Below are positions 8,810 to 21,936 of a stretch of DNA of 64,000 nucleotides, piece by piece; position 1 is the first letter of the stretch; every line of letters begins with the position of its first letter. The position numbers and the translations under genes were made by a program. Below the pieces are notes generated by a model. That model saw nothing but the letters and a program-made list of their open reading frames with translations, had not been told where the DNA came from and did no database searches. Location: assembly GCA_963751345.1 (NCBI GenBank), contig CAVVUS010000047.1:1-64000 (forward strand). The letters run 5' to 3'. The stretch is from an uncultured Chloroflexia bacterium. Lineage in GTDB: Bacteria; Chloroflexota; Anaerolineae; B4-G1; SLSP01.

Positions 8810-10266
8810 TCATCCTGCTTCGTACCGCAGGATCGGGTTGCGGGCGGCCTGGACCTCGTCGAGGCGGCGGACGGGGGCGGCGTGGGGGGCGTCGTGGAGC
8901 AGGTCGGGATCGGCGCGCGCCTCTTCCGCGATGCGCAGCAGGGCATCCGCGTAGTCGTCGAGGGCCTGGAGGCTCTCGGTCTCCGTCGGCTCGATCATCA
9001 GCGCGTCGTGGACGATCAGCGGGAAGTACATGGTCGGCGGGTGCACGCCGTAGTCGATCAGGCGCTTGGAGATGTCCATCGCGCCGATGTCGTCGACGCC
9101 GTGGAAATGGCCCTCGGCCACGAACTCGTGCTTGCACAGGCGGTCGTAGGGGATCGGGTAGGTGCCCTGGAGGCGGCTGCGCAGGTAGTTGGCGTTGAGG
9201 ACGGCGTGTTCGGCGACGTCGCGCAGGCCCTCGGCTCCGTGCATGCGGATGTAGGTGTAGGCGCGGACCAGCATGCCGAAGTGGCCCCAGAAGCTGCGCA
9301 CGCGGCCGATGGTGCGCGCGGGATGCGCGAAGCCGTAGGACTCCGGTTTGCCCTCCGCCGTCGCTGCGTGACGCACGACCACGGGATCGGGCAGGTAGTC
9401 CACCAGGTGCGCGGCGACGCCCACCGGGCCGGAGCCCGGGCCGCCCCCGCCGTGGGGCGTGCTGAAGGTCTTGTGCAGGTTGAAGTGCATGACGTCGATG
9501 CCGATGTCGCCCGGGCGCATCACGCCCACCAGCGCGTTCATGTTGGCGCCGTCGCCGTAGACGAGGCCGCCGCACCCGTGGACGATCTCGACGATCTCCC
9601 GGATGTGCTCCTCGAAGAGCCCGAGGGTGTTGGGGTTCGTGATCATCAGGCCCACGACCCGGTCGCAGACCTGGCTGCGGAGCGCGTCGAGGTCGACGTT
9701 GCCGCGGTCGTCGGAGGGCAACTGGACGACGCGGAGGCCGCTCATGCTCGTCGACGGCGGGATTCGTGCCGTGGGCCGAGTCGGGCACCAGGATCGTGTC
9801 GCGCGCCGTGTCGCCGCGGTCGAGGTGGTACTTGCGCATCATCAGGACGCCGGTCAGCTCGCCCTGGGCGCCCGCCGCGGGCTGGAGCGTCACGCCGGCG
9901 AAGCCGCCGATCTCCTTGAGGAGCTCCTGGAGCTCGTACATGAGCTGCAGCGCCCCCTGGGCCAGCGCCTCGGGCCGGCGTGGGTGCGCGTTCGCGAAGC
10001 CCGGCAGCCTTGCGGTCACCTCGTTGATCTTGGGGTTGTACTTCATCGTGCACGAGCCAAGCGGATAGATGCCCTTGTCGACGGCGTAGTTGAGCTGCGA
10101 GAGGCGCAGGAAGTGGCGGACCACGTCGATCTCGCTGACCTCGGGGAGGGGCAGGTCGGCGCGGACGAGCCCCTCGGGCAGTGCCGATCTCGGGGACGTC
10201 GAGTGCGGGCGTCGTCGTGCCGTGGCGTCCGGGGGAGGAGAGTTCAAAGATCAGGGGCTCGGTCAT
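8810..10266 (-). CDS. gcvPB: Glycine dehydrogenase subunit 2 (two frameshifts)
   Basis: [54 protein letters not shown]. Confidence 0.95.
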
Positions 10267-11652
10267 TGCCGGCCTCCTTCACAGGCGCGGAAGCCGCCCA
10301 GGGCTTCGACGAAAGCGTCGATCTCCGCCCGCGAGTTCATCTCGGTCACAGCCACGAGCATCCGATCCTCCCAGCCCGCGATCTCGTTGCCCAGGTCGTA
10401 GCCGCCGAGGATGGGGCGGTCCAGGGAGGCGAGGTGGCGGTTGATCTCGGCGACCGGGGCCGGGCAGCGGACCACGAACTCGTTGAAGAAGGGCGCCGCA
10501 TCGTCCACCGCGTAGCCGTCGAGCCGGGCGATCTCGGCTGCGGCATAGTGCGCCTTGTGGTAGTTGAGCTCGGCAATCCGGCGGAGCCCGTGCTTGCCCA
10601 GCGTCGAAAGGTAGACGGTCGCGGCGAGGGCCATCAGGCCCTGGTTGGTGCAGATGTTCGACGTCGCCTTGTCGCGCCGGATGTGCTGCTCGCGCGTCGT
10701 CAGGGTCATCACGTACCCGGTCTTGCCCGCCGCATCGGTGGTCTGCCCGACCACGCGCCCGGCCATCTGGCGGACGTAGGCGAGGCGTGTCGCGTAGAAG
10801 CCGAGATAGGGGCCGCCGAAGTTGAGGCCGAGGCCGAGGGGCTGGCCATCGCCCAGCACGATGTCGGCGTCGTAGTGGCCCGGCGGCTCAAGGAGCCCCA
10901 GGCTGATCGGGTTGGTCACGACGGCCAGGAGCGTCTTCGGGTCGCGTGCGTGGATGCGGTCCGCGAGTCCGGCGAGCGGCTCGATCTGCCCCAGGAAGTT
11001 GGGGCTCTGCACGATCACGCAGGCCGTATCCGCGTCCACCTGCGCCACGAGGTCGTCGAGCGTCGTGTCGATCGATCGATCGCCCGCGATCTCGACGTCC
11101 ATCCCCTGGGTGTAGGTCCGCACCACGTCTCGATATTGGGGGTTCAGGGTGGGGGAGAGGAGGATCTTGCGGCGCTTCTTGCGGAAGACGTTATACGCCT
11201 GGATGACGGCCTCGGCCGTCGCCGTCGCGCCGTCGTAGTGGCTGGCGTTGGCGACCTCCATCCCGGTCAGGTCGCAGATCAGGGTCTGGTACTCGAAAAT
11301 CGCCTGGAGCGTGCCCTGGCTGATTTCCGCCTGGTAGGGCGTGTAGGCCGTGGCGAACTCACCGCGGCTGATGACGTAGTCGACGACGCTGGGCACCCAG
11401 TGGCGGTAGGCACCGGCGCCCAGGAAGCTGGGGGTGCCCCAGGAAGCTGGGGGTGCTCTGCGTGGCGAGGTTCCGACCGGAGAGTTCCTGTAGCTGCTGC
11501 AGAACCTCCATCTCCGAAAGAGGCGCCGGCAGATCGAGGTCCGGGAAGCGGAAAGCCTCCGGGACATCTGCGAAGAGATCCGCCATTGTCTCCACACCGA
11601 TGGCCTCGAGCATCTGCTGCCGCTCGACTTCCGTGTGGGGTGTATAGACCAT
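10263..11652 (-). CDS. gcvPA: Glycine dehydrogenase subunit 1 (frame broken by a 19-bp duplication)
   Basis: FLGAGAYRH, TAYTPYQAEISQGTLQ, REQHIRRDKATSNICTNQ. Confidence 0.95.
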
Positions 11653-11766
11653 AGATTATGCTCCTTTGGGGCGCGGCAACCGGCTCGCAAGCAGGGGCTC
11701 GCAGCGCGAAGCCAAGATAGTTAGAGCCCGCTTGGGGGCGGGCTCTCAGGCCGTGTACGCACAGGC

Positions 11767-11897
11767 TAGTGGTCTGTTAGCATGAAGACTGTAGTTGTCA
11801 TCCTGAGCCGCAGGCGAAGGATCTCAGTCTTGCAGGTATAGATCCTTCACTTCGTTCAGGATGACAAGCTTGCACGAATCAGGTTAGCCGACCACTA
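11767..11897. repeat. MITE-like palindromic element
   Basis: Ends TAGTGGTC...GACCACTA; inner TTGTCATCCTGA...GAAGGATCT / AGATCCTTC...TCAGGATGACAA. Confidence 0.75.
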
Positions 11898-12290
11898 TCC
11901 TGCTTGCTCCTCTTCCACAATCTTCTTGTAAGCATCAACTGTCAGCAGGTCGTCCCATTCCGCCGCATCGGTGGTCTTGATGCGGACGAGCCAACCCTCA
12001 CCAAATGAGTCCTGATTGACCAGCTCCGGGGCGTCTTCCAGCGCATCGTTGACCGCCGTGACCTTGCCGCCCATCGGGGCGTAGATGTCGCCCGCGGCCT
12101 TGACCGACTCGACAACGCCGAGCTGATCCCCTTTCCCGACTTCCTCGCCAACCTCGGGAAGCTCTACATAGACGACGTCCGACAATGTGCTCTGCGCGTA
12201 GTCGGAAATGCCTACGGTGATCTCGTTACCCTCCTTGCGAGCCCATTCGTGCGTCTCAGCATAGCGAACATTCGGATCGAACTCCATCAT
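11895..12290 (-). CDS. gcvH: Glycine cleavage system H protein
   Basis: YAETHEW, GISDYAQ, VVESVKAA lipoyl-lysine motif; GGAGGTG RBS. Confidence 0.97.
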   Translation of the reverse strand: MMEFDPNVRYAETHEWARKEGNEITVGISDYAQSTLSDVVYVELPEVGEEVGKGDQLGVVESVKAAGDIYAPMGGKVTAVNDALEDAPELVNQDSFGEGWLVRIKTTDAAEWDDLLTVDAYKKIVEEEQAG

Positions 12291-12329
12291 TCACCTCCGT
12301 ATTGTATAAAAGATTGGTTCCCTCGGTTC

Positions 12330-13431
12330 CTATGGCTTGACCCGCTCCCGCGCCGCCATGATAGCCCACAGGTGAGCGAAAGGCGAAGGGTCTGCCAGGT
12401 CGTCGAAACTGTCCGTATAGGGGATAAAGACGTCCGGGGTGCGGGGCAATCCCAGCGAAATGTCCACGGGTTTCTGGTTTGTGGCGTCGTTGAAAATCAG
12501 CAGCAGCGACACGCGGGTCGACGTCCTGCTCGGGCAGCGACTGCATCGCGACCTTCGCCAGCGAGCGGGATGTCGTGTCCGCCGACGTGATCACGCCGGC
12601 CCAGTCGCAGAGCGTCAGGGTCCGCCACATCAAGGGCAGCGTCCCGCGTCCGAGGTCCAGGACGACCGTATAGCCCTCACCCCGCAGCACGCTCAGCACC
12701 TGGTCGAGCGCCTGGAGCCGGATACCGCTGAGGTCGGTGACACCCGCCGGACCCGGGATGAAGTAGGCGCCGTAGACGTTTTGCAGGCTGTAGTTGCTGA
12801 TCAAGCCGATATCGATCTCCGAGGGGGCCCGCGAGAGGAGGCCCACGGAGTGACGCGGCCCGGTGGTTCCGCTCCACAGGCTCAAGCTGCCCACGGGGAA
12901 GGCCAGGTCGATCAGGATCACACGGCGGTCGCTTGCCGTCGTGGCAAAGCGGGCCAGGTTCATCGCGACCGTGCTGACGCCCACGCCACCTCTCAAGGAG
13001 AGCAGCCCGATCGTCATTCCCACGCCGCCGGCCTTGGGCGCATCTCCAAATCGCTCCGAGCGGCTGAGCGAGGCCTGGATACGCACGCCGAGCTCCTTGT
13101 AGTCGATCTGGCCCTTGGTGAGGAAGTCGTCTCCGCCGATCGTATAGCCTTTGATGCGGTCATCGATGCCATCGAGCGCGGTGAGAAAGAGGATCGGCAC
13201 CGCATGGAAGCTGGGGTCGGTCCGCAGGTGTTGGCAGACCTCGTAACCATCCATATCGGGCATCATAATGTCCAGGATGATGAGGTCGGGGACATCACGC
13301 GATGCCACTTTGATGCCCTCGTGGCCGGTTGTCGCTTCCGATACCTCGTACCCCCAACTTCGGAGCATAATGGCATACATCATGCGGGCATCGTCGTCGT
13401 CCTCAATGACCAGGATGTGTTTCTTGGGCAT
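12330..13431 (-). CDS. Response regulator with C-terminal MinD/CpaE-like domain (one frameshift)
   Basis: REC domain (LIILDIMMPDMDG); SLRGGVGVST degenerate deviant P-loop; VILIDL. Confidence 0.85.
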
Positions 13432-13467
13432 CAGATTCCTCTCTTCGGGATGGGCGTCTTCTCACCC

Positions 13468-13476
13468 ATTATAGCA
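13468..13476 (-). promoter_or_regulatory. Extended -10 promoter of the response regulator gene
   Basis: TGCTATAAT on the minus strand. Confidence 0.65.
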
Positions 13477-13516
13477 TCGACAGTATTGTCCGCGAAACCT
13501 TGACGGTGCACGGCAG

Positions 13517-16467
13517 CTACGCCTCGCTCACCGGCAGGGCGAAGCTGAACGTCGTGCCCTCGCCATAGGCGCTGTCCACGTGGAGCTCACCCCCGTGCAT
13601 CTCGACGATGCTGCGCGTGATCACCAGGCCCAGCCCCGTCCCCTGCACGGCGCGGACGGCGCTGCTCTTGGAGCGGAAGTACTTGGTGAAGAGTTGGGCC
13701 ATCTCGTCGCCGGTCATGCCGATGCCGTCATCGCTGACCTCCCACCGCACGCACCGGCCCTCAGTGCACGGCGACCCAGTGGCGCGCACGGTGACGGTGC
13801 CGCCCTCGGGCGTGTATTTGTTGGCATTGCTGATCAGGTTCGTGAGCACCTGAATCAGGCGTCCGCGGTCACCTACGACCTGCGGAAGATCGCGATCGAT
13901 GGCCACCTGCAAGGCCTGGTGCTTCGCGGTGAAGGCCTGCTCGTACCCCTGGACGGCTTCGCGCGTGATCGCCTCGGGAGAGACCGGACCCATGTCGAGC
14001 TTCAATCGCCCGGCCTCGATGCGTGACACGTCCAGGAGGTCCTGCACCATCCGATCCATCCGGTCGACGTTGTTCCGGACGACGTTCACGAACATCGCCT
14101 GCTGGTCATTCAGCGCGCCGCCCACACCCTTGATCAGCAGGTCGGCGTATCCCTTGATGGACGTCATCGGTTGCTTGAGCTCGTGCGACACAAAGGAGAT
14201 GAACTCGGTCTTGGCCACGTTCGCCCGCTGTGCCTGCTCATAGAGCCTGGCATTGTCGATGGCGATGGCCGCATGGTCGGCGAGGCGCTCGATGAACTCC
14301 ACGTGCTCCTGGGTGAAGCTCGCGGCATCCGCCGATTCCAACGCGATGACGCCAATGACGCGTTCCTCACGCCGGATCGGCACGGTGAGCTGCGCCGCCA
14401 TTCCCGGCGCGATCTCGCTGTAGTGCGGATCGGAATCGAGGTCGGTCACCAAAGTGGTCTCGCCGATGCCGGCAGTGTAGCCCACCAACCCCTGGCTCAA
14501 GGGCCACAGCACCTCCCCCATGTAGGGGGCGAGGCTCGGTCTCATCGTAGCCGCGCTGGGCCAGGAACCGGAGACCCGGCCCGCCCTCGTCGCCATCGTG
14601 GAGCGCGGCGACGGCGCCCGTGGTCGCGCCGGTGAGGTGCAGCGACCACTCCAGCGTCTGGCCCATCACCGCGCTGTAGTCGAGCGAGGTGTTGAGCTGC
14701 CGGTCGATGTACTGCAGCGTCGTCAGCTCCAGCAGCCGCGCCTGCAGCGCCTGATCGGTGGTCGTGAACAGCCGCGCGTTCTCAATGGCTATCGCGGCCT
14801 GGGAGGCAAACGAAAGCAGCAGGTCGGAGTCCTGCGACGTGAACGGTCCCTCCTGCTGCCGGTTGACGACCTCCAGGACACCAATGGTCCTCCCCCGAGC
14901 GTTGAGGGGCACGGCGATGACGGACTGTGTGACGAACCGCGCGTGCGTGTCGAAGGCGGCGTACCACCGCGTGTCGGCCTGGGTGTCGCCGCTGATCACC
15001 GGGCGATTCTCGGCGAAGGCTGCGCCCGCGATGCCCTTGCCCGCGGGGACCCTCAACCCCACGAGACGCTCACCGGCGGGCCCGCTGGAGATGCGGAATA
15101 CCAGATCACCGGTCGCCTCGTCGAGGAGCAGCAGCGAACCAGCCTCGGAATTGAGGAGCGACGCGGCCTGTTTCACGACCAGGTCCAGCACCTCGTCGAG
15201 ATCGAGGCTGGACGCCAGGAGATTGCCGATCTCGTTGAGCGTGGTGAGTTGGCGCGCACGTGACTCCAACTGGGCGGAGAGGCCGTGGCGCTCCAGGATC
15301 GCGGCCGCACACGCGGCGACTGTGACGAAGAGGCCCTCCTCTGCCTGAGAAAACGCAAGGCTCGGGTCGGAGGCCGAGGCGACCATCACGCCTACGTTAC
15401 GATCCGCTGCGGTCAGGGCGGTGCCCATCCACACGGGGCCGGACCCCGGTTCGCCGGGGTCGACGCCACGCCGCCGGCATTCACCCAGGTAGTCGGCAGT
15501 CCGAATCGTGGTCTTGTTCTTGAGCAGGATGCCCGTCAGCCCGGCGCCGGCGGGCCATGTGCGATCGGGGAGCAGGCGTTCGCCGGCCTCAACGTAGAAG
15601 GCGTAGGAGAGGGTCTCCTGCAAGGGGTCCCTCAGCGCGATGTAGAAGCTGGGCAGCTCGATCACCCGCTGCAACTGGGTGTAGACCAGCTCCATCAAAT
15701 CGTCCACGTTCATCGGGAAGTTGACGGCCTGGGCGACCCAGTAGAGGACCTCAAGCTCCTCCTCGTGCCGGAGCCGCGCCTCGGTGAGGGCCGCTTCCCG
15801 GAGCCGGCCCGCGGCCTCACGGGCGAGCAGGTGCAGGAAGCCAAGCTCCTGCGGCGTAGTGCCGCCTCCCTCGGCCGGTTTTCCCAACACTACCCAGCCG
15901 GGTTCTCCGAGAGAAAGCGCGATTTCGTAGCCGGGTGCGAGGTCCCCGTTCGCCTCCGCCGGTAGCGTCCCGCTCGGAAAGCATCACGGGCACCGCGACC
16001 GGTTGGTCCGCCAACCACGTGCTAAGCCAGTCGGGGCCGGTGGCGCCGGTCTGCCGATCGCGCAGCACCACCCGGACGAGTGCGGGGTGGAGAGCGTTGT
16101 CGATCTCGTCACGCAGGGCTTCGGCGATGGCTTGACTGGGGGCGTCCGCACCCGCGGACTGCGCCAGGCGCTCCAGGGCCCCGGCCGCGAGCTTCGTCAG
16201 GCGGGACTGCCGCGCCCGGGCGCGCAGCGTGGCTTCGGCGACGAGACGACCCACGAGGAAGGCCGCGCATACGGCCAACGTCGTGACCGCCAGGTTCGCG
16301 GGGGCGCGCAGCGACAAGCCACCGTGGAAGAGGGCGGCCATGAGCCAGAGCATCAGTGCAGCAGGGACCAAAGGCGCGAGCCACGCAACCCAGCGTGCCG
16401 CTCTGGATTGCATTTGCGCTCGGATAAAGTCATCGACGGTGCACGGCGTTGGTGATCGGCTCTTCAT
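13517..16467 (-). CDS. Membrane-anchored multi-GAF sensor histidine kinase (frameshifted)
   Basis: N-terminal TM helices, GAF domains ending AAIAIENARL, H-box FVSHELKQP, N-box NLISNANKY, G-boxes DDGIG and GTGLGL. Confidence 0.88.
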
Positions 16468-16523
16468 ATGCCCTGGTCCTGCACTATAGGGGAGGCCTGC
16501 GGGGATTGTAGCACCATGTAGGG

Positions 16524-19211
16524 TCAACGCAACGAATAGGTTGCGACGTCACCATAGGCCGATTTCAGGGGCGTCAATCTGAAACGCTCGTAGACCGCCA
16601 CGGAGAAACGAGCCGGAGGCGCTGCCAGATCTGCGATGGGGTGGGGATCACGGATCAGGTCGCCGCGCGTGACCCACTTGAGCGTGGGGAACGCGCCGAG
16701 GCCGGGCTGCATGTCGTGCATCCCGAGCCAGGTGCCATCAGCATTCTCCAGACGGACGCTGACCGCATAGTCCGACTGGAGCGGTGCAGCGGTGCGCCAG
16801 AAGAGGGTCAGGTTTGCCGCTTCCCCGGTCTGGTGGAGGTTATCCCCCACCAGCACCATCTCTTTACCAAAGGGGAGATACCGCTCCCCGACCCGTGGGG
16901 TGGGCAGGGGCAGCCCGACATAGATCACGGGCGTGCCGTCGGGCCTCGACAGAGCCAAGGCCGGGGCCTGCTGCGAGTCGAGCGCCAGCCGCACCGTCCG
17001 GCAGGCGCCGAAGGCGAGCCGGTCAACCGTCGCCTGGGCCTCGCCACTCGCTCACCACTAACGCGCCCCCCGGCCCGCACCATTGGAGATAGGCCGTCAT
17101 GCTCCCGTCGGCCCGCGTGTCGTAGTCGACGCCACGCAGCCGGGGGCCTTTCACGAGCGCGAAGCCCGGCCAGGGCCGTTCCGTCGGGAGCTTCGGGTAG
17201 CCGCAGGTCGCCTCTATCGGCGGCAGCGAGACAGACCCCAGGTCCTCAAAGCCGCCGTCCGTGACCGCATACGTGCCGACCGTGGGCGTGACCGACGGCG
17301 TGCAGCGGTCGATGGGGAGCTGATGGGTCAGGAGGGTGAAGCGGACCTCATCGGGCTGTGTTCCGGCGCCCAGGGCGCGATCGGCGGCGGAGAGCAGTCC
17401 GCCGCCGGCGTCCCAGAGGCGGGTGGCGAAGGAGGGGGCCGGTTCCTGGGGCCCCACGGCCTGCCAGGCGAGCTGCAACTCCAATGTGCCCCCCGGCACC
17501 GCCTCACCGACCCAGCGGTAGCCCAAGGAGCCGGATCGGGCCCAAGTCCGCGTCGATCCCGGTGAACCCCAGATCGGACGGCAGATCGAGGAGCGGGCGA
17601 GGATAGAGACGGTACCCGCCGCCCACGGGCGCGAAGGTCGTATCGTCCCAGTCGTAGAGGTGGGTCGTGTATAGCGGTGCCCCTGAAGCCGCCACTGCCT
17701 GCGCCCTGGCCCGCCAGACGTCCTCGTACGGTACGTCCTCCACAGGATAGACGTAGGTCACATCGGCGTTGGGGCCGACGCCCTCGACGCTCTGAAGCAC
17801 CCACAGCGGCGTGGCCCATCGCCAATCGGCGAGGATCGTCGCGTCGCGGCGGCGCCTCTGCCAGTAGCGGTGCCACGCGGTCGCGTATCGACGTATCGGC
17901 GGCGAGCTCGGTGAAGTCCCGGACGTGGCCGGGCAGCTGCGCGGCGAGGATCAGGATGATGAGGGTGACCGCAGCGGCCCAGAGGGTGCGACCGTCGAAG
18001 GCCGTCCGTCTCAAGTGCCGGGGACTCGCGCCTCGGAAGGCGGCGAAAGTCCCCGGCACTGCAGTCGGGGCCCGGATGCGCGCGACGGCTCGGATGACGA
18101 AGGCTCCCCGGCACTGCGACCGCCAGCCCCAGCGCCAGCGCCATCGGCACATAGGCCGGCATCAGGTACTCCACGGTCTGGGGGGCGCGATAGGTGATCG
18201 TGATGAAGGTCATGACCACCCACGAGACGAGGAGTGAGACGCCCAGGCGGTAGTCGCGCCGGCAGAGCCACACCCAGCCGAGCGCCATCGCGATGAGCAC
18301 GGGAGTGGGGAACTGCATCCGGAAGAGCGAGGGGAGCAGCGGCAGCCGCTGGGCGAGATCCTGGCGGGTTGGCGTAAGCGAGCATGTCGCCGCCGAAGCC
18401 GCGGGCGAGGACGTGCTCCCAGAACCCCTGCCAGGTGGTGAGATCGCCGGGGTTGAGCGGCACGCCGGCCATCGCGCCGCGCAGCGGCAGGTAGAGCTGC
18501 GGGATCGCCCAGGCGGCGACGGCGACGGCGGCGGGTTTCAGCCATCGCGCGGGCTGGGTCGCGAGCCGTGGATCCAGGAGCAGCAGATAGAGTGCCCATC
18601 CCACACCGACAAAGGCCAGCGAGGGGTGGTGGCCCACTCCGAGACCCGCGCCCAGGGCCAGCAGGAGCAGCGCGCGGTCCTGGCGCGCCCGGTTGCCCTC
18701 GGCTGCCCGGTAGCGCGCCAGGGCGACGTACCCCCAGGCCACAAAGAGCATGGTGGGCATGCGGATGTTCGTGGTCGTCGCCTGCGCCCAGAAGGTCGCG
18801 GCCGAGCCCAGTGCCAGCGCCGCGACCGCCCCACCGAGGAGCGCGCGCCGCTCCGAGCTGCCCATCGAGCGGGCCCAAAGGCTGACGGCCTGCGCGCACA
18901 GGGCGAGCGTCGTTGCGGCCAGGAATGCGCTGAACAGGCTGGCGCGGAACGGGGCGGAACCGGCGGGAATGAGGTGCACCCAGAGGGCCGCGGCCATCGT
19001 GTAGAGCGGGTAGCCGGGGGGGTGCCCGATGCCCCACCGCGCCGCGATCAACTGGAACTCGCCGCTGTCCGCCGGCAAGACGTCGCGGGCGGTCGTGGCT
19101 GCGTAGGCAAGGGCCGCTACCGATCCAGATGGCGACCGTCATCCAAAAGCCCGCGTGGGCAAGCCCCGGCAACCCCAGGCCTGCCCACGCGCGTTGCCGC
19201 TTAGCGCTCAA
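16524..19211 (-). CDS. DUF2723/TMEM260-like GT-C glycosyltransferase with extracellular C-terminal domains (frameshifted)
   Basis: DSGEFQL...GIGHPPGYPLY motif, many TM segments, C-terminal LTLFW/DYAVSVRL domains; start approximate. Confidence 0.8.
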
Positions 19212-19215
19212 AGTA

Positions 19216-21202
<1,987 letters not shown>

Positions 21203-21222
<20 letters not shown>

Positions 21223-21933
21223 AGTCTTCCTCCAGGTGATGAGTATCGTTTGACGATCCCGCAACGGACCGCGGGACAAGTGGGCGATGGATCGAACGCG
21301 CCTGGTCGACCAGCGCGCGAAGCGCGATGGTCACGCGGCGCGGGCGCGACGTAAGCAGTCCAGCCTCCTCCCACGCACGCGCCAGCGCGGCCAGCGAGTT
21401 GATAGGAGAAGTGGTCTCCGAAGGCGTCGTGAAGCGCACGAACGGTGAAGCGCCCCTGGAGCTTGTCGATCGCGTAGGCAACAATGTCGCACTCATCCTC
21501 GGTGAGCGAGGGAAATGAGGAGGGCGAACTGATCTGTGGATCAAGAACGGTTGCCACCAGCGTCTCCAGCCATAGGCCGGCATCGTCGATGAGGTGGCCC
21601 ATCTGAAAGTAGAGCCGGTTGGACCACTCCGCGCTTCCATCCAGGTCGTGGATGAAGGGCGGCGACTCCTTCAGCGTGCCGTACATCCCAAAGGGGAAGT
21701 CCGCGGCACTGAAGAGGCCGATCCTCGGCGTCACCGCCTGGCCGTGCAGGACGTCCCACCGCTGTTCGGTCACCTGGAAAGTCGAGCTCGAACGTCGCGA
21801 GGATGCCCCCATTCAGGCGCCAATACCACCGGACGCCCAATCTGCCCTGATAGCCGGGCACCCGATCGGCGATGGCCTCGACCATCTGGTCGGCCAAGCG
21901 CAGGGCCTGGTATGATGGGTAGAACTGACTCAC
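21203..21933 (-). CDS. Hypothetical protein with possible C-terminal winged helix (two frameshifts)
   Basis: Three overlapping ORF pieces fill the gap between the nucleotidyltransferase and tkt in operon orientation. Confidence 0.6.
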
Positions 21934-21936
21934 GCT

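Noticed and set aside
5273-11654. Long plus-strand ORFs (565 aa at 5273-6970, 683 aa at 9603-11654) and similar shadow ORFs
   Set aside because: Antisense shadows of real high-GC genes with no motifs
11653-12330. Glycine riboswitch or gcvT at the gcv operon
   Set aside because: No riboswitch consensus recognised and the gap upstream of gcvH is about 40 nt; gcvT is not in this window
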